Of a DNA stretch of 64,000 bases, positions 38,570-52,470 are shown in pieces. Both the position numbers and the translations under genes were made by a program. Source of the stretch: Lama glama (lineage: Eukaryota); contig CM052816.1 of assembly GCA_028534125.1 (NCBI GenBank), forward strand, positions 11,968,001-12,032,000. Reading direction: 5' to 3'. The notes below the pieces were generated by a model. It was not told where the DNA came from and ran no database searches. It was given only the letters and a program-made list of their open reading frames with translations. Within the stretch, counting starts at the first letter, position 1. The number at the start of each line of letters is the position of its first letter.

Positions 38570-38800
38570 GAAAGCTAAACATTTGTAGGTTTGATAATGC
38601 TAGAAGTTTCAGATGTGGTATTTCATTTAATTGTCACAGAAATTCCGTGATCTGAAAATATATGCTCCATTTAAAGATGTTAGGAAAAGGATATTAGGAA
38701 AGATTGAATAATTTGCTCCAAGACCCCAAGCTGGTTAAGTAGCTGCATGAGGACAGGGGCCGTGTTTGGTGTGAGAACAAGCATTAACTCCCTGCACTGC
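38570..38800 (-). mobile_element. MIR SINE
   Basis: tatttcatttaattgtcacagaaattccgtga...ccatttaaagatg...attgaataatttgc. Confidence 0.55.
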
Positions 38801-38834
38801 AGGGCCTTGGAAGTGAGTCAAGCATCCAAACATT

Positions 38835-39250
38835 AACTGAGTATCGTATATATGTTAATTGAGCACCTACTATGTTCCTGGAGCAGAAGATACAATGTTG
38901 AGTGAGACAGACATATTTACTTCCAGGGTATTTACATCTAGCCCTGGAGACAGGCAATAAACAAGCAATTACAAGGCACTGGGATGAATATCACTGGGAC
39001 AGGTGGGATCAGAATACAGAATTCCTCTGGAGCTAATGAAGGGCCCCTAACCTGATTCAGGAGAGTCAAGATAGGCTTCCCAGAGGAAAAAATATAATAG
39101 AGGCTATCTAGGTGAAGGAGGAGTGTGTCTGATGGGGGAGCAAGGGTCTTAGGAAGGACTTTCTCTGGAGACATGGAGAAATCTGGAAGAGGCAGCAAGG
39201 CCTCTTCAAGGAACTGCATGCAATTCAGTATCGGCAGGGTTCAGAGCAAG
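38835..39250 (-). mobile_element. L2 fragment
   Basis: attgagcacctactatgttcctgg...gtcaagataggcttcccagagg...tcaaggaactgcatgcaattcagtat. Confidence 0.7.
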
Positions 39251-40061
39251 AGAGCCAGGCTGCTGGGACAGTGGTAGCAAGTGGAGACACAGGAGCGGCC
39301 CGCTCCCAGGCCCTCACTGTCTTCCATACCACCTCATGCAGAAAGTGGTCATGTGCTGACGTTTATGCTTTTGCTGGAAGGACTCCTTCTAACAGCCCAT
39401 AAAGCCATGATGGATGTCAAAAACAGTATTTTTCAGCTTTTGCCACCTTGCTATATATTTCCCACATGTGCTTAAGGGAAAACTTGAATCACCAGAGTCA
39501 TTAATAAGCTTATAATGTAAATATACTTGAAAGGTTCTGAGAAGAGCTGGTCATCTTTATTTCTCTGTCTCACATTTTTGGAGAAACATTTTAGTGTTTG
39601 CATGACCTTTAATTAGACATACTGCACTTTTTTTAGATCCCAGTAAATTACTGCCTTCCCATAAGCACAGGGGAGGAGGGGAACTTAATGGTACCATTAA
39701 GAAATACATAAATATCATCTTTTTATTTTTTTCCATGCAGGTTTTATTCCTGCCAGCAGAGTTTTTATTTTTTCCCCCAGTTTTGCCCAAGGAAATTAAG
39801 CAACATTTTTATTAGCAATAAAAATTCTCCAAGTTATCTTCCTTCTGGGTCTAAAATGATTTCTAGACCCCTTCTCATGCTATAAAAGGTCTGGGTCCTT
39901 CAAAACCTCTAGTTCTTAATCATCACTAGCTCATTGACATCACTTCTCTTCAATCTTCCTCTGAAGAATAGTGACACAGATCTAAAAATCAGGATATAGT
40001 TCCACATGAACATTCTTTACTAGATGTCATATCCAACTTTAAAATAGGAGAATTATATTCC

Positions 40062-40438
40062 TGTATTAGCCAGGATTCTTTCTGGTTTCAGGTGACAGAA
40101 ATTAACTCAGCCTGGTTTGAGCAAAGAGAAGAACATTTACTGGTTCCTGCAACGCAAGAGCCCTTGGTGTCCCACTTGAGGCCTGGTTGGGCTCAGGGAC
40201 TCAAACTACATTGCAGTGTCTCTTCCCACCTCTTGGGTCTGCTTTGCTCTGGGTTAGCTTCAGTTTTAGCAGGTTCTTACCATGTGGTGGCAACTTGTGG
40301 CCCAGGGAGGAAATATTCCTACTGGCTAGGAAGCAGACATGTGGAGACAGTAATAGTGGTTTCATGAAAAACAAGGTTTTGTTACCAAAATAAAGGGGGA
40401 TGGATGACACAGGCAAAAATGACAGATTTCCCTATACA
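40062..40438 (-). mobile_element. MLT1K/L-type MaLR solo LTR
   Basis: tg...ca termini: tgtattagccaggattctt...gtgacagaaattaactcag...tgttaccaaaataaagggggatggatg...acagatttccctataca. Confidence 0.7.
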
Positions 40439-41889
40439 ATTACTTTTTTTTTTAGTAGTTTTAGGATTTATGATACCTAAAATACAGCAAAAAGCCTCTC
40501 ATCTCATTTTACAGACATGGTAAAGCCTCATACTTTTGTCATTGTATTTTTGAGGTCCCAGGATTACAAATTCTGTGATATATAAAGTTTGAAACTCATG
40601 GGAGGAATTCTACAGTTTTCACAGGGGAATTTTCTCTGAACAGTGAGGTTATTAAACAAACAAAAAAATTCTTTTGTCTCCCTTTCTTCAGACACATTGC
40701 TAACATTTTCACAAGGATGATATAGTTCTGATCTAGGGGAAGACAAGACTCTGAGAAACCCTAACTTTTCAGCCCCGATCTCATTTTCTTAGCAGCTTTT
40801 TCTGTGCCTGAAGGAATCTATTATCCTTTGCTTCATTAAATGTGTCCACGTGTAACACAAAGGCATTTCCTGGCAGGTGCATGTAACACTCTGCAGGACA
40901 CCCATTGAGACCCAGGGCTCCACCTGTAGAGGGGTCTGTGATAGCTCACCTTGCCCCTCATGGAGCAACAGAAACATTTTTTGCCACACTCACTAATTGA
41001 AAGAGACCGAACACTTCTTATGAAATGTTGACATTTCTGCAGATTATGCAGTATATGAAGGGCAAGTCAAATTTTTTATTAAAAGCAGTATTACAGCCTC
41101 ATTTTATCCTTTGACTGTATAGAATTCCTACCTGTATTCTATGAAATAACATGATTGATACGTTAAGGACTTCACTTACAGGAAGCAAATTGCTCCTCAC
41201 CCCTTTTCCCTAAATTTAGGGTGATTTTGAATCTTCTGCCTTGGCCCGATTTGCACATTAACAGTTGCCTCAGTCCTGGCTTCTTTGCAGCAAGCCCTTG
41301 GATGCTGGCCTCCCTTCTTCCTTCATCCAACTTGCTTTTGAAGATGTGATTTCAGTTTTCTGACTGAATGCCTTTGGTCCTGTTCTTTATAGGTAAAATG
41401 AAAATAGCTAATTAGTGGCTCTCTTCGTCATGATCTTAGGATTTTCCATATGGGTTAGAGAGGATTCTGAATTATTATTATTTTTGAGGTAATTATCCAA
41501 GTTGACTAGAGAAGACTCTTAAAAATTAAAAAAATAAACTCTCCCTGTTTAGTACCAGTGAGTGTTCAGATGCCATCTGGAGCTGTTGGGAGAGATGAGT
41601 TGAGAGTGATCTGGTGCTATGATTAGGTCACATGACTGGCCACCAGCACTGATAATCACATCATTAACAGCACACGGACTGAGGAGATTACCTGCAGCAA
41701 GAGGAGAGACTGTAAATTGAGCCTGTTTTCCTCCCTGACCTTTAGCACACAGCTTCTCAAGCAGAGAGTGAGGAAAAGAGGATGTGCAGAGGAGACCCCA
41801 ATGATGTCTCACAGTGTAAATGGGTCCCTAGCTCCAGGGTGGGCTCCTCAGTGGTAAAACTCACATCATACGTGACCCACCATGCCGAA

Positions 41890-42130
41890 CATAAGAACAG
41901 CTACCACCTGCTCTGACTTTACTAGATTGGAGGTGCTGTGCGATGTATTCTACAATGTCAGTTTGTTTTTTAATCTCACAGCAGCCATACCAGGTATCAC
42001 TACTGGCTCCATTTCACAGATGACACATTGAGTCTAGCAGATGTTAGTAACTTGTTGAAGTTCACACAGCAGGTGAGTGGCAGATTTGAAGTTTGAATCT
42101 GGATTCACTTAATGTCAAACCCTATTTTTA
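41890..42130 (-). mobile_element. MIR SINE
   Basis: taatctcacagcagcc...ccatttcacagatgacacattgag...gttagtaacttgttgaagttcacacagcaggtgagtggcaga. Confidence 0.75.
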
Positions 42131-42569
42131 TCATCAGATCTGCCAATTCTAAGATGCTACTGGTAGATGGAACCATAAGATGCACAGATAAAAAGCTTGA
42201 GATTCTCGGTTTTTTTGGTCCACTTAGATTCCCTTCGCCAGGGACAGTGATTGCTTTCTGAGGAGGCATCAGATGAGTCAGCGCACAATAATCAAACTAC
42301 AAAATCTAATATTTATAGTACAACTTCCCATATACCGTGTCATCATGTGATCCTCCCACATAGCTTCCAAGGAAGGAAGCTTTACTAAGTGATTCAGAGA
42401 GGGCTTGGACTAACACTACTACACTGTTCATTGTGCACAAGCTGGAACTGAGACATGCCATCAAGCATGGATGAGGCAGAGACACATGTCAACGGCGGGG
42501 TAATAATCATAAAAAATACGAAGAAGAATAATATTCTGAGCCAAGCTGGGATCACAGCACTTCACTTCT

Positions 42570-43635
42570 TTTGTTATTTTTAAGTCATCTTTGCTGAGGT
42601 GTAATTTACGTACGATGCCCTGCATCCGTGAATAGTGTGTAATTTGATGAATTATGACAGCTGTGTACACCTGCGAGGCGACCACCTCACTCAGGACAGA
42701 AGACCTCCGTCATCCCCAGAAGGATCCTCACATCCCTTTGCAGGCAATTCCATCTTCTCCCTTTGTTCTCAGGCAGCCACCAATCTGCTTTTTGTCACTG
42801 TAGGTCCTAAAATTCGTTTTACAATTTTATATAAATGGAATAATACAAATATAGAATTTTATATAAATGGAGTAATAAGAGCTGTGTGCTCTTTTGTATC
42901 TAGTTTCCTTCACTCAGAATAATGATTCTGAGTTCATTTATTTTATTGTGTATATAAACAGATTGTCCCCTTTTCATATTAGCGGTATTCTGCTGTATGT
43001 ATGTATCATGTCTGTCTATCCATTAGTTATCTGTTGATGGACATTTGGGTTGTTTCCTGTATTGGGCTACTCCAAATAAAGATTCAGGGAACATTAACAT
43101 TTGTGTCCTTGTATGTTTTTATTTCTCTAGGGGTAGACACCTATGATGGAATGGCTGAGAAATGGCTTAAGTAACTGCCAATTTTTTTTCCCAAAGTGGT
43201 TGTATAATTTTATATTCCCATAAGCAGTGTATGAAAGTTTTAGTTGCTCCACATTCTCATCAACATTTTTATTTTCTGCCTTTGATTTTAGACATCTTAA
43301 TGGCATAGAACGGTATCTCACCGTGGTTTTAAGATGCAGTTCCTGATGATCAATGAAGCTGAGCATCTTTTCAGGCGATTATTCACCATTCATATATTTT
43401 CTTTTGTGCAGTGTCTGTTCAATCACTTGCAGATTTTTATTAGATTGCTTATCTGCTTATTATTGAGTTGTTAGAGGGCTTGATGTATTCTCAATACAAT
43501 TTTACTGTCAGCTAAATGTATTCCCAATATTTTCATCATCGTGTCTTGCCTTTTCATTTTCTTAAGTGACTTCCAAAGAGAAGACTTTTCTTTTTGAAAA
43601 TGTCCAATTTATCCTTTTTTTCTTTTATGCTTGTA
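42570..43635 (-). mobile_element. Old LINE-1 3' end (L1MC/L1ME-like)
   Basis: ctttgctgaggtgtaatttac...; gttgatggacatttgggttgtttcc; ccaaagtggttgtataattttatattccca. ORF2 remnant ELHLKTTVRY. Confidence 0.85.
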
Positions 43636-45289
43636 TCACTTCATTTATTATAGCACATTTAACTTCTCATCAACCTTATATGATATTGTAATTGTCTGAA
43701 TTTTTCAGACGATTAAATTAGATCTCCCAGAGATTACGTGAGTTGCCCAGACAACCCATCTGTAAGAATGCTAGATTCAAAGCAGTGAATGGGTGTGAAG
43801 TCAGAGGAACTGAAGTCAGGGGGTTGTTAGCAGGAGAACGGAGTCAAGAGTTAGAAAAGTCTGTGTGGGCAAATGTGAAAAGCAGAAACTAGGGCAACAT
43901 TTTGGATTCTGTCTCAGGGATGATGATTCATTTCCTGAGAGGAGTGTGATCTGAGCATCCATTCAGCCCCTCTTCTTGACTGAGAATTTTCCTGGATCAA
44001 AGAAGCTATCTTATGCCCGGAACTTGATGCCCAGCTTATAACCAAGGGCCAAGACAAGCACTGGGTCTCCCTCCTTCTAGTCCAGTGCTCTGTCCACATC
44101 ACTGGAATAAAATTCCCCACACAGCCACTGACATGAATGCACAGCAAAAACTATGATGAGCTTGGACAGCAAGACAAAGTTCTGTTTTTCTTCATAGAAA
44201 GGATACAAATAGGACACAAGTTTTCTTTTGAAATAGAAATTGCAAAGTAGTTTCCTGACATCACAGGAGTCAAGGGCTGAACAGTCACCGCCCAACGTAA
44301 TCCTCCCACGTCTCTTCTCAGAGGAAAACTCAGGACGACCTCCCTTCGCTCCTCATTTTCGGTTATGCAGGCAGACATCATTCATTGCAATCGATTACTC
44401 CTTCATAACTGCATCCTGCCATTTCTCCTGCCACATTTCTCTGGCCAGCTCTACACTCAGATCTAGCTTGGCAGATGTGAGTTCTATATTTCTCTTGCCC
44501 CTGGCTACCTTTGAATTACTGCAGCTCTGCAACACTGCAGGTCTGTCACCTGAAGGCATGACAAAGAATATTGTACAACTTCCAATGATAACAACTTTAA
44601 ATGGAAATTAGATTCTTTTCCCTCCCTATTTTTATGTTCCACTTTAATTTGGGCAAACTACAGTTCCAGACGTCACGTTCACTACAATCATCTGTCTTTT
44701 AGAGGGCAACAGTGGTCCTGCTTGCTTAAGTACTTTGCATTTTTCATGTCAGTCAGTCTCTCTCTCGTTCTCTCTCTCTCTCACTCAGTAGTGTACCTGT
44801 GCCACAGGGAAGGACGTAATGTGCTTTCATGAATCTGACTGCTCTTTCAAGCAACAGGAAATGGGAGAGTCACTTACCCAAGCTAATGACATGCACTGAG
44901 TGGTCTAGGGGACTTTAACTCCTGGATTCTATTACCAGAGTAATACGCATCTTCAAGAGAAATGCCCTAGAGCTCAGATAGATCTCTGGAAGATGGAACT
45001 TTACACCTCACAGTATCTTTGAAAAATCTAAGGGAGTGGCAGCATCTCTGGGAGCACCAAAGAAGTAACCAGCAAACTACCAGTAAGCCCTGTGAAATGA
45101 GGTAGTCAAATAAGCTGTTGGTCCACACCAAACGCTCAAGTCCATCAAAGTAGCAGAGCTAACCCAGCGTGAACATCTCAGGTTATCTTTTCTTGACAAA
45201 ATATTTTGTTGATTTATTAGGGGAACAAAGACCACTTGGGTCAATCTAATTCTTACAAAGCCTATAGACAAAAAGAACGTTGGTGGTTA

Positions 45290-45760
45290 TTCTTAGTTTG
45301 CCTCCACCAGCTATATCTTGCCCTTCTCTGCTCTTTGTCCCAGAAAGGCTGACCACTGTGCACTGTACAGCCCAGGCTCTTGCCCTCTGGTCTCTGGTTG
45401 AGTTGGACTGATAGGGAACACGGACAGGGGACTGGAGAGTGGGGGAGAGAGAGGGTACATCACGCATTCTGCTGCTTCACTGTGGTGCTGGTGGTGACCA
45501 CGCTCTCCTGCAGCCCTGCGTCTCCCGGCCAGCCCCTCTTCCAGGGCTCCAGCTCTTCCGGGGCTGTTAACACCCTTCCACTCCTTTCCCCCTCCCTAGG
45601 CTCCTACAAATCTAGGGGTAATAATGGATTCCCACTGTTGCCATTCTCTGGCTGTTTTGCACCTCTGATTGTTTTCTTCAACCCTGTCTATACTTGCATA
45701 ATTGTCCAGTCATGACATTATTTTTAATTACATTTTTTGCATCTGTTTCCTGATTCAGCT
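45290..45760 (+). mobile_element. LTR33-like ERVL solo LTR
   Basis: aggctgacc...ttgccctctggtctctggttg...ctaggggtaataatggattcccactgttgc...catctgtttcctg. Confidence 0.7.
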
Positions 45761-46221
45761 GGGGTTTTCCTGGTAGAAACTTTCTCTTCTTGACAAGTTG
45801 TTTATCTCAGTGTGATTACTTAGTAAACGAGTGCTTACTGCTAATAGTATCTCAAGTATATTTTGAGCAAATAGAAGGACATACAAATTATGTAATAGGC
45901 ATGAGTTGAATAATCACAAATGATTCCATTTATACAATCATCACCTGCCTAGATATATGAGTTTGTAACCTGCTATGTTGCTTCCTTGGCTTTAAAAATT
46001 CCCAGTAGAGACTAGGTGAGGCATTTACGAAAATGTTTGGAATAAGTGTCTTGTGCTGCAGGTAAGCTGGTATTCAAAGAATCTCTTCCCTCGGTCCTGG
46101 CAAGCATGCTGCAACCATTCTCTCCCTGCCTCCCTGCCCAGAAACTCACTCTAAGTCCTAGGCAGTCACACGGCTATAGAGACCGCTTCTAAAGCTCACC
46201 CACCCCTTCCCTCTCCTCCCC

Positions 46222-46565
46222 TTTTTAAACCTGTAGCCAGTTTACATTTTTGTGTCAACCTCTGGTGTACAGCACAGTGTTTCAGTCATACATATACGTA
46301 CATATATTCCTTTTCACATTCTTTTTCATTATACATTACTACAAGATATTGAATAGAGCTCCCTGTGCTATACAGCATAAACTTGTTGTATGTCTATTTT
46401 ATATATAGTAGTCAGTATCTACAAATCTCACACTCCCAGTTTATCCCTGCCCACACCCCTTTCCCCACTGGCTAACTAAAGTTTACTTTCTGTGTCTATG
46501 AGTCTGTTTCTGTTTTGTAAATAATTTCATTTGCGGCTTTTTCTTATTTAGATTCTACATACGAT
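46222..46565 (-). mobile_element. LINE-1 3'UTR fragment (lineage-specific cetartiodactyl/camelid type)
   Basis: tctggtgtacagcac...aagatattgaatagagctccctgtgctatacag...tgagtctgtttctgttttgtaaata...tagattctacata. Same 3' family as 63926-64000. Confidence 0.85.
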
Positions 46566-46924
46566 TCACCATTTAAAGGGCAGAATCTATACACTAAGAC
46601 ACACTGCTTCACATTTCTTTTTCCTGGATTAGTGACAACACAGCTTATCTTTTCCACTTTCTAATTCCGCTATAACACATTTTTCCAATAAAGAAGATGC
46701 TTGCTTACAGTATATTAAATACATGGAAACTATACCGATTCCTCTTCTAATTTTAGCCTTTCCAAATCAGTTTCATGATTTTTTAGGTATTGCCAATCAA
46801 GAAAGTGCTAATGGTAATTTAAAAAATACTTTAAACATTCATAGTGACTAGATTCTATAGCTGAAATGTACAAAAAGGATATTTCTTATCTCTCTTTTTT
46901 TTCAATTAGAGTCCCTCTCAAGTA

Positions 46925-47075
46925 TAATTCATTCAGTAAGTACTATGCACTTACTATGAGCCAGTGCTGGTCATGGCTAGGGATATAATTATAAAAAAGA
47001 CAGAGTCTCCTGCCCTAAGTGGGTTCCACTGCCAGCCCCTGCAGACATATTACACTTGTAATCTGACAAGTTCCA
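46925..47075 (-). mobile_element. L2 3' fragment
   Basis: ttcattcagtaagtactatgcacttactatgagccag...gacagagtctcctgccctaag. Confidence 0.55.
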
Positions 47076-47481
47076 CAGGAAATCTTGGACAGTATTTTGG
47101 TTGCAGCCATCCCTGAGTACTAAAGATCCACGAACCAGGCCGATTTATAATTTTGCTTAAGCACGGATTGAACTGCTCAGACTTTGGGGTTGGTATGAAA
47201 ACAGAGCAGATCACTCACCTTGCGGTTGAGCAACGGTGACATCTCAGTATCTACATCTCCTCATGACCTTAATGCTCACAGCCCTCATTAAGTAACAAAA
47301 ACTTTATATTAGAAAAGAAATCCAACTGCAGTGCTTGTGACAATGTGAGGAGAAAGCAAAGCAGTCTAAGAAAATGCTGGTTCTTTACAGAACGTAGGAA
47401 TGTTGGATAATTTAAGAAGTAACATGTCACATTTCTTTATGGGTTTGGATATATGACAGGGATGTGTCACAAGTTTTATAT

Positions 47482-47742
47482 AAGTGGATTTCAAACTTTT
47501 TTTAATCCATGACCTATGTAAAAAGCAACTTTTCACAATCTAATAAACATATACACATGCACACACACAAATGAAACAACTTCAATACGCATTACTTGCT
47601 TTTACTGTAGGTCATATACTCAGATTATTTTCCTAACCCTTTCTCTTTTTCTATTTCTTTTTTTAAAATACTGATTGTGACCCACTTAATTGACTTTATG
47701 ATGGACTAATGGTTTGTGACCCCCCCAGTTTGAAAAACACTG
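47482..47742. mobile_element. MER112-like hAT-Charlie MITE
   Basis: Termini agtggatttcaaacttt and cagtttgaaaaacactg; internal gtgacccacttaattgactt...ctaatggtttgtgaccc. Confidence 0.65.
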
Positions 47743-48439
47743 TCCTATATTAAAAATATAAATGAATAAGGAGTACATAAGTCAGTTGATAAGCTATTTC
47801 AGCTGGTTATCCAGCCAGAATTTAACAGTAGTATAAATTATTTTAATCCTGTGTTTTTATAGATTCATTAAGGATCTTGTGGGGTCACTCAAATTTTTCA
47901 TTTATTTTTCACTGCACTTTGTGAATGGAATTATAAAATACAGTAATACCTGTGAATATAGAGGTTTGCAGAGCTCTTAGGAAAAAGTCAAATATAAGCT
48001 CAATAAACAAAGTGCCTGAGGAGTATGGATGAGGGGAAGGATTATGGCTGAGTGAGCCATCTAAGAAAGTCCCTTATGATATGACTGTGAAAGATGAGCA
48101 GAGTTTGTCAGGTAGACATTGGGAAAGGACAGTTCAGACTGGAAGGGGGTGATCTAGCTGACAGACCACTGAGAAGTAGGTTGTATCTAAGAGGCAGGCA
48201 AGAAGATACAGTGAGGACTTGGTAAGTGAGACTGAAATATATCAAGTGGCAAAATCAGGACCTAGTTAGTTTCTTCATTTACATAATGGAACTCGAAGTT
48301 CCTTTTCACTGAACAAATGGGCAACTTTCATGGACATAGATTACTGTATTATAACTGGACAGAACAGGATCCTAGAATTTCTTTCCCATTTGGGGTGGAA
48401 TTCAGGAAGAGAAAAAGGATAAATAAAATTTACCAGATT

Positions 48440-48575
48440 ATTTCTGCCCTAGACTGCAAACCCCATAAGGGAGTAGGGACCTCAGTTTAATTCTTTCATC
48501 CTAGCATCTAAAACAGGACCTGGTGCATAGTAAGTATTTGAGATGTTTTCTGAATGAATACATCATTGAGTGGAT
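48440..48575 (+). mobile_element. L2 3' end
   Basis: ctagactgcaaacccc...atcctagcatctaaaacaggacctggtgcatagtaagta...tgaatgaat. Confidence 0.65.
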
Positions 48576-48999
48576 GGACAAAGGAGTGCTAATCACCTGA
48601 CTTGTACTTGTCCAAGATCCTTTGTTCTCTAACGAAGTTATTTAGTTTGTATTCACTCTAATTTCAGTAATGTTTGAAGCTCAGTGCTCTCCTTCTGTCC
48701 TCTTGCTGCCTGGTCTATTCTCCATTTCGTAAGCATCCTTTATAATATTCTATTTTTGTTGGTTCTGTTCTCTTTATTTAGACTATCTCTTCTTTTCTAC
48801 CCTGTCTTTTATGTATCTTAGCCAGCAACCCTGTCCTCCAAAGAAATCTTATCTTCTCCATGAGTCTTGGAATATTTTAGCTCTTAAAGCCTTTGATTTT
48901 CTTCTCATTTAATTTTAAATTTACTAATTATTAGATAAAATGATTTAATAATTATTAAATTTTTAATACATACATATATTTTTAAGATTTCAGAATATT

Positions 49000-49760
49000 T
49001 GAGAAATGGTTAAAATATTCAGTATTAACAATTGTCTATAATCTTATTATCTAGAGAAAACTTAACATTTTGCTTGAAATTACTAATATTTTAATGTCTA
49101 TATTGATGAATTCATAATATATACATATATTTTAGTATATATTGAGATTAGGATACACATAACATTTTATAGATTGCTTTTCACTTAATAAAATGTAAAT
49201 TTTCCCTCATTTTCTTAAGTATTTCTCAAGAACCTCACTTTAATGTCTACAAAGTATTCCACTATTCTATTATATATGAGCATATATTTAATTAAGCTTT
49301 TCATATTTTGTTGTTGAACATTGTTTTATTTCCAGATTTTTACTTCTAAAACGACTCTGTGATAGATTTTTTTTTACAGCCAAAACTTTGTATTTGCACC
49401 TATTGTTTCCTTTGCATAAATAAATAGAAGTGAAAATATTTGGGAAAAAGGGTAAAGACATTTTAAATAGTATCACTAAGTAAGGCAAATGGCAAACTGC
49501 CCCCACATCTACCCCAGGAAGTTACTGCAATTTACACTCTCCCCAGGAGCACATGAGGCCTAATCTCTGGGTACTGGTCAACCTCAGTCTTGACATGTTT
49601 TAGAGCTTAGTAATTTGAGAGATAAAAAATGACATCAGCACTGAGTGAATTTTGTTTTGTTTTTTAACAGGTGGCCTCTAGCATTATTGCATATTGTTTA
49701 TTTTCCATTTTTCTTTTTTTAAATGGCAGTTCATGGCTTGTATTCATTTTTCAACTCAGA
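49000..49760 (-). mobile_element. Very old LINE-1 (L1ME-like) 3' fragments
   Basis: ttgcttttcacttaat; tgttgttgaacattgttttatttccag; caatttacactctccccagg. Confidence 0.5.
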
Positions 49761-49939
49761 AGTTAATCTTTTTCTTTTTCTTTTAAAAAGCCGTTAGTTT
49801 TAAGAATCCTCTGAACTTCTACATCACTTACCCATTTGTCTCATACAATGTGGGCCATACTGTTGTACACACACACACACCTAGGTCATAGACTTTTGGG
49901 TGTAGATGGTCTCATCATTTACAAAATCTCATTCTTTTC

Positions 49940-50170
49940 AGAGCAGTGTGGATTAATGAGAAGGACATGTCTGTGGAATCCACTAGATCTAAGATTTAAA
50001 TATCAGCTTCTTATTTGGGCAAGCTCTTAAACCTGTTTCTTTCTCCTCAAAAAAAGTGGATAAATAATATCTCTTCTTTGAAGCATCATGAGGTTTACTT
50101 GAAATAATTTATGTAAGGCCCTAACACAGTGACTGGCATGTGGTGGAAAGTCATAAATATTAACTACATT
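49940..50170 (+). mobile_element. MIR SINE
   Basis: gcagtgtggattaatgag...tttgggcaag...tatgtaaggccctaacacagtgactggcatgtgg. Confidence 0.65.
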
Positions 50171-51779
50171 TATTCTTACTTAATTCCTTGGGTTTTTTGC
50201 CTAATATTTATCACAATATTTTTAAACATACTAGGTGCTTAATAAACATGATAAACTAGTCAATTCTGTCGAATGAACAAAATAGTCAAAACAAAGTTTA
50301 ATAATTTGTTTTTCTACACAATATTTAGAGAAATTTGGACCAAAGCTTGTTTTCTCCTCTTTCAGATGTGTTCCGCTTCTGTGTCATTTAAAGGTGTAAC
50401 TACTCTAAACATACTAAATTCTCAATTCTCATGTTTAGGCTGGAAGTAGGCATATTACAAGTCGTATTTTCTTTCTTAATAAACTAAGGAGGGAATAAAT
50501 AAACGAGGGAACTGCTTTTCCACTTCTGGGCCCTTTTCCACATGAAATTCATGACATCTGTACTAGTAGACTACGGAATGACTTTTTCAAAATAGGACTG
50601 TGTAGTGACCTGGTCCAGGTAATTCCCTATCTCAATTTGGAATTCTGCTTCAAGGACTGAGTTAGTCATAGATGTCTGTAACACTTCCCTCTGATGAAAT
50701 CTGCCATGATATTCTGACTTTCTCCAAATACATAATGCTTAAAATCACTTTCAGTGACTCCCGCCCACCCCCACCCCATCCTGTTTTGAAGCACTGTCAA
50801 AGATAGAGACCTTCAGAGAATGCTTTCAGGGAGAGCTAAACTATTTCTTACAGCTGCAAGGAAAGTTTTCTCCTTTGATTGATAATGGCTTTGGAGAGCC
50901 AGGAAATCAAACATTTTGCTTTTATTTACGCCCTTATTTGTTTTACTGGCCATGCACAATGAAAACATCTTATGAAATAGGTTTCTAATCATTTCGCAAT
51001 CCCTCTTCGCATGGGTGGGGTCCCTCCCAACCAGCTGATATTCCTTCTCTTGATTCATCTGCCTTCCAGGCCAGTTTCACCTTGTCTGGCCAGCGGCTAC
51101 TGTGGTTCCATAAATAATGACACTTTAATACTTCCTTATTGATCTAGACATAGCTGAAGTTTGACTGCACGTCCACTGGTCCCCAGATCATTTCCCCATC
51201 AATAGGGGTCTTCCTTTTTATCCTCTCCCCCTTTGCTTCACACGCAAAGATAAAGCGGAAGGTAAATTACCCTTTCCGAGCTATTTATGTCCCCTCCATT
51301 TTCTGACATACTTTTTTGAGACAGACAGCTTTCTATTTTAACGTTTTTCTTTCTTGAGTAGGGAATTGAAAAGACATTCTGTCATCTGAGATACTGCTGT
51401 CCATTTTCTTTCCTTTCTTTCCATCTGTATTTGACTTGTGTTAGCTTTTTCAGACTTTAGTCCATCTTTTCACACACAGTTCTTTCATAGCATCTTTGTA
51501 TCAGTTTTATCCATGTATAATTTACATACCGCAAAACTTACCTCTTTCTTAGTATTTTTTACAGGAAGTGGAATGGAGGAATAAGAGCAAAAATATATAT
51601 TGCTTACATAATTTTTTATTTGCTCTTTAGTCAAAAATTAAACTAACTTGATATTTGCATGGCTTTTATGATTATTTTTACATGGTTTCTCGCCAGCTTA
51701 CTTTTATTTTCTGTCACATTACATCAGTAATTTCTCTACTCCATGATATTCCTTTCTCTCTCTGGTAACCATTTACTTG

Positions 51780-52470
51780 TTTATTTTTTAATTGGACTCA
51801 GATTTAAAAGTATTCATAATTTTTATAAGCTTATAAAAGTTTGCCATGGAGATATTTGGTATGATATTAGCCCTACCTTGAATACTGACAGAATATCTAA
51901 ACTATAGAACATAGCACAGCAGAAATCACAGAAAAAGGCTAAGTTAATGCACAATAAACAGTATAGACTAATTATGCACTAAGAATTGTTAGTACAGGTA
52001 GAAAAAGGGTGGCAAAATAAATAAGATTATAGGCATCTATATAATCACTACCAAGATAAGACATATGCTGCTACTTGCCACATGTCTCAGCTGACGCTCT
52101 TAAAAGTAAGGTATAGAACATCATAAATAAGGAAAAGTCCTTTCCCTTCCCGTCCCTCCCTTCCTAAGATAAGCAATATTCTCAAGATGATGTGAATCAC
52201 TCATAAGCATGTTTTTGAACTTGTACTACATAGGAATATATTGACAAACGATATAAGCTATTTTTATGTGCTTTCCAATTTTTACATAAATACTCTCAGC
52301 TATTTGCAACTTGCTTTTTTTTTGTTTGTTGTTTCCACTTAACATTTTATTTTGAGATTTAACCACAGTGATGCATATTATTCTATATATTCATTTCTCT
52401 GCTCTATAATTTGTGTGTGTGTGTGTGTGCAAAAAAAACCCCTCACTATCTATTTATCCACATACTGAAT
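51780..52470 (-). mobile_element. Very old LINE-1 (L1ME-like) 3' fragments with a short (TG)n
   Basis: tttgcaacttgcttttt...cacttaacattttattttgagatttaaccac; tatctatttatcca. Confidence 0.45.
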
